From the NCBI GenBank assembly GCA_032718475.1, contig JAUCBJ010009099.1, positions 1 through 64,000 of the forward strand: a stretch of DNA of 64,000 bases, written 5' to 3'. This DNA comes from Nemertoderma westbladi (taxonomy: Eukaryota > Animalia > Xenacoelomorpha). The position numbers were made by a program, and so were the translations under genes. The first letter of the stretch is position 1; each line of letters starts with the position of its first letter. Under the pieces are notes generated by a model that saw only the letters and a list, made by a program, of their open reading frames with translations, was not told the origin of the DNA and searched no databases. Positions 60,434-64,000 of the stretch are shown here, piece by piece.

Positions 60434-61140
60434 TATACCGTATATAATTTATTTACCACCTTTATTCATATCATGTACCGGTATCACATCACAAGTCTGC
60501 AACTAAAAGACAGAAAGACAGACAGACATACATCAGTAGGGCCTGGTAGAATGTGAATAGGCCTATCTGAATAAAATATGTGTATAACACTTTTCTTTAC
60601 AGCATTAGGCTGTTTGCTGTTCAGCTGTTAGCAGGTTAGGGCTTGGCAGCTTGGGCTTTTCCAATCTGCAAACTGAAACCTGCGAGGTGAACGTTCCAGA
60701 GATATGAGGTTTCTCACTCAATTAGGTCTACGACAGTCTGACAGTACGATCTTCTCCTACTGTCCTATCAAAATTTAAATATCAATATAAAAATTTTAAA
60801 ATATTTAAAAGCTGAAAAGGGCAGCAGGGCCGACTGGCAGAAAGGAAACCGCACTACAAAACATTACGTTTGGGTTCGGCTCGTCCAAGCTCTAAGTCTA
60901 AACACCCAAATCACAACCAAATTACACTAGGCCTACAGCTATATCAGTGTCAGTATATAGCAGTATGGCATGGCAGGGGCAGCATGACATGGCACCCGAC
61001 CCACGCACTTGCAGACATGGTTCAGGTTCCAGGCTGCCAGGGTTCATACAGCTGTACAGTCATACTGGCTACCGCTGGCCGCTGCCAATGTCTGATTCCT
61101 GACTGTATCGTAGTCTGGTAGTGTCAGGTCAGTCAGATGA

Positions 61141-61916
61141 GGTACGTACTAAAAGGTAGAACGATCTATAAACCTGATAATGGGCTATAACAGTATAACG
61201 ATCTATAACGGGCTATAACTTCCTATAACAAGCTATAACCACCTATAACGAGCTATAATCTGAAAATTTACAATAAAAAACATATTTTAGTATGGATTTA
61301 TTTTCCTAGCAGCCTAGTCAGTCAGTCAGTGATTTAATTAGGGCCTACGCAATTCTGCAATTTGGTTTTTTATTTTTAGTCCATAATGCTTTTCATCATT
61401 GTCAGATTGTGGTATTACGAAATCAGTCATTACTGCATTAGTCAGCATGCCACTCCCTGACTCCACTACTGCACTATCTGACCATCAGACAATGCAGCAG
61501 GGAGAGGTATCCCTTCCCTCTGTCGATCCTTCATCCTGCTATCCGCTGCCAGCTACTGGTCGATATAAAATACAGGAATATACGGCTGTACGGTAGTGAG
61601 CAATAGGCCTATAGGCCAATAAAAAAACCTTACCAGTCTGTGGTCAGCCTGTATCAATTAGGCATAGGCAGATCAGCAGATAGGCCACCCTAATTTTTAA
61701 CCTGCGGTATTTTTCAGACCACTGTCAGACCGTGTTAATCCAAAAGTTAAACACAGGCAGCAAGGGGCGTTTTTTTAATGTAAATTTTCATATTATTATA
61801 ACCTACTGACCTAGCTCGTTATAGGTGGTTATAGCTTGTTTATAAAAAGTTATAGCCCGTTATAGATCGTTAAGCCCCTATTGCCTATAGCCCGTTATAC
61901 TTATAGATCGTTCTAC
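61141..61916. mobile_element. Second copy of the MULE-like element, riddled with small insertions
   Basis: Same TIR GGTACGTACTAAAAGGTAGAACGATCTATAA and internal sequence as 5829-6787. The right end is eroded. Confidence 0.85.
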
Positions 61917-62140
61917 GTGGTATACCACATACTGACATACCGTCAGATGAACTGACTGCCGCCTGGCCGCTACGTCAGTGTCAGACTGTGCAGTGCAGGC
62001 AGGCAGGTCCAGTCAGCCAGTCATGGCCTTCCTACGACAAGAAAACTACTGTCAGAATGTCTGTGTGTCTGTACGGTACTCGTACTGCTGTACAGCTGTC
62101 AGGCTGTACAGTAGAGGAGTAGCCTACAATATAGTGTACC

Positions 62141-62455
62141 GGTACGTACTAAAAGGTAGAACGATCTATAACGGGCTATAACGATCTATAACTTCCTATA
62201 ACAAGCTATAACCACCTATGCTATATACCAGTATACACATACAGACATATAACGAGCTATAATCTGAAAACTTACAATAAAAAAACATATTTTAGAATGG
62301 ATTTATTTTCTTAGTTAGTAATTTAATTACGAAATTTGGTTTTTTAGTCGATAATGCTTTTCATCTTTGTTGTATCACGAAATCAGTCATTACTGAATCA
62401 GTCAGCTGCCACTACCTGACCACGGCATTATCTGACTATCAGACAGTGCAGCAGT
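62141..62455. mobile_element. Third, partial copy (left arm) of the MULE-like element
   Basis: Same TIR and adjacent internal sequence. Confidence 0.82.
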
Positions 62456-62588
62456 CTGGCAGTATAACAGTATATTATTATTATAGTACTGTAGTACAGT
62501 AGTAGCTCATGAGTAGTAGTAGTCCACGACTAACTCATGAGTCACTCTGTTGTGGGGCGAGCCACGAAGTAAGTGAGCCAAGGCGTAG

Positions 62589-63037
62589 CATTAATCAACC
62601 TGTGGGGCGGGTAAGCGAGCTTAGCATACAGCTACCACTATCTCAATTGGTGTGTCGTGTCCAATATTTAAACACTAATAACTCCGCCAATCCTCGATGA
62701 AATCTTTCCAAACTTGGTACACATATTTTTTGGCAGTACCATTAATCAACCTGTGGGGCGGGTAAGCGAGCTTAGCATACAGCTACCACTATCTCAATTG
62801 GTGTGTCGTGTCCAATATTTAAACACTAATAACTCCGCCAATCCTCGATGAAATCTTTCCAAACTTGGTACACATATTTTTTGGCAGTACCATTAATCAA
62901 CCTGTGGGGCGGGTAAGCGAGCTTAGCATACAGCTACCACTATCTCAATTGGTGTGTCGTGTCCAATATTTAAACACTAATAACTCCGCCAATCCTCGAT
63001 GAAATCTTTCCAAACTTGGTACACATATTTTTTGGCA
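62589..63037. repeat. 151-bp unit triplicated, inside a probable Helentron/DINE-like repeat
   Basis: Units start at about 62589, 62740 and 62891 and are apparently identical. They contain aatctttccaaacttggtacac. Confidence 0.9.
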
Positions 63038-64000
63038 AACGTTTAGACTTTTTCCAATTAAGTAGAATTTACGTGTGGCCTGCGAGATGCTAAGAAAAAA
63101 GCAGTTAATTCGTTAATTAATTAATTGCGGTAAAAACAGCATTTTCTAGCCTGTCTTTTAACGGAAATTAATTATTTTATAGTATAACATTTAAATAATT
63201 ATACTTAAAAATTATACAGCTGTAATCCCTAAACAACATTACATTATAGTTTTTAATTAGTTCAAGTGATTTTCTTGTGTCTTTAATTGGTCTAAAGTAA
63301 TTAAAACGGCATAAAAAACATTAAATACTGCTCCTTTATTGGTCAACAAGCTAGTCAGTGCTGATCCATAGATAGTGTTCGCGCTTTTAGACCTTTAACA
63401 GTTTAATCTGCTAATTTATATGTCTTATAATGTCTGACAGCCCGTACAAAATATGAACACAGCCGAAGCCAGTCTAGCGCGGCGTATGACCCACCGGATG
63501 TGGGAGTCTGGATTCTATGGCAGAGAGAGGGCTAGGCTACTTTGTATTATTGATTGATCTCTACTATATAATCTCCAAAAACTATATTTATTTTTAGGGA
63601 AACACCAACAGTTCCTTTAGGTGCTGCGCTTTAAATACCACGCAGAGTTATGACTTATACTAATTACAACGGATGGTCATGAGATAACGCAAATGTTTAC
63701 ATTCTTTAGGAATGTATAATTAATCGTTCACACTCACGTAACTGACAACAATGCTGAAATACGCTAATTTGCCGACTGTCACCAATTTTACTCGCATATA
63801 AGGATAAATTTAGCTCACGTACGTTAGGGGTTATGAAATAGCATTAATTCATACAAACCACTGTAATTTGAGCCAAGTGATTGTTACTAATATTCCCCTC
63901 TGCTTACCTCAATAATCAAGAAAGCCAAGGGAATTATCGGTTATTCATAGTATTCTCCAAATATAAGCATAGATTAAATGAGTTATGTACAAACCACAAT

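Overview
Animal (invertebrate) nuclear genomic DNA, AT-rich and repeat-rich, with one 100-N assembly gap (16022-16121). Five host genes can be modelled with phase-consistent GT-AG splice sites. They are CFAP161 (4 exons, +), RPRD1-family CID protein (2 exons, -), PHF5A (1 coding exon, -), RPN1/ribophorin I (2 exons, -) and UBR5/hyd, encoded as a single 8.9-kb ORF (-). The rest is decayed RTE-like LINEs, Penelope-like GIY-YIG remnants with minimal hammerhead-ribozyme motifs, a gag-only LTR remnant, several non-autonomous DNA transposons, a SINE and large tandem arrays. The most striking observation is that two unrelated genes carry introns that start with tandem amplifications of their own exon|intron junction: about 75-80 copies of AAG|GTAAGT in RPN1 and 17 units in CFAP161. 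In both, only the most upstream donor gives an intact protein. Other leads are an 8.8-kb satellite whose unit reads like a GT...AG mini-intron, a 4-kb array of cUUCGg hairpins, a tightly packed PHF5A-RPRD1 pair (candidate operon) and a local micro-insertion signature near gene 5' ends. Gene identities rest on recalled protein motifs, not database searches; copy numbers are approximate unless stated as exact.
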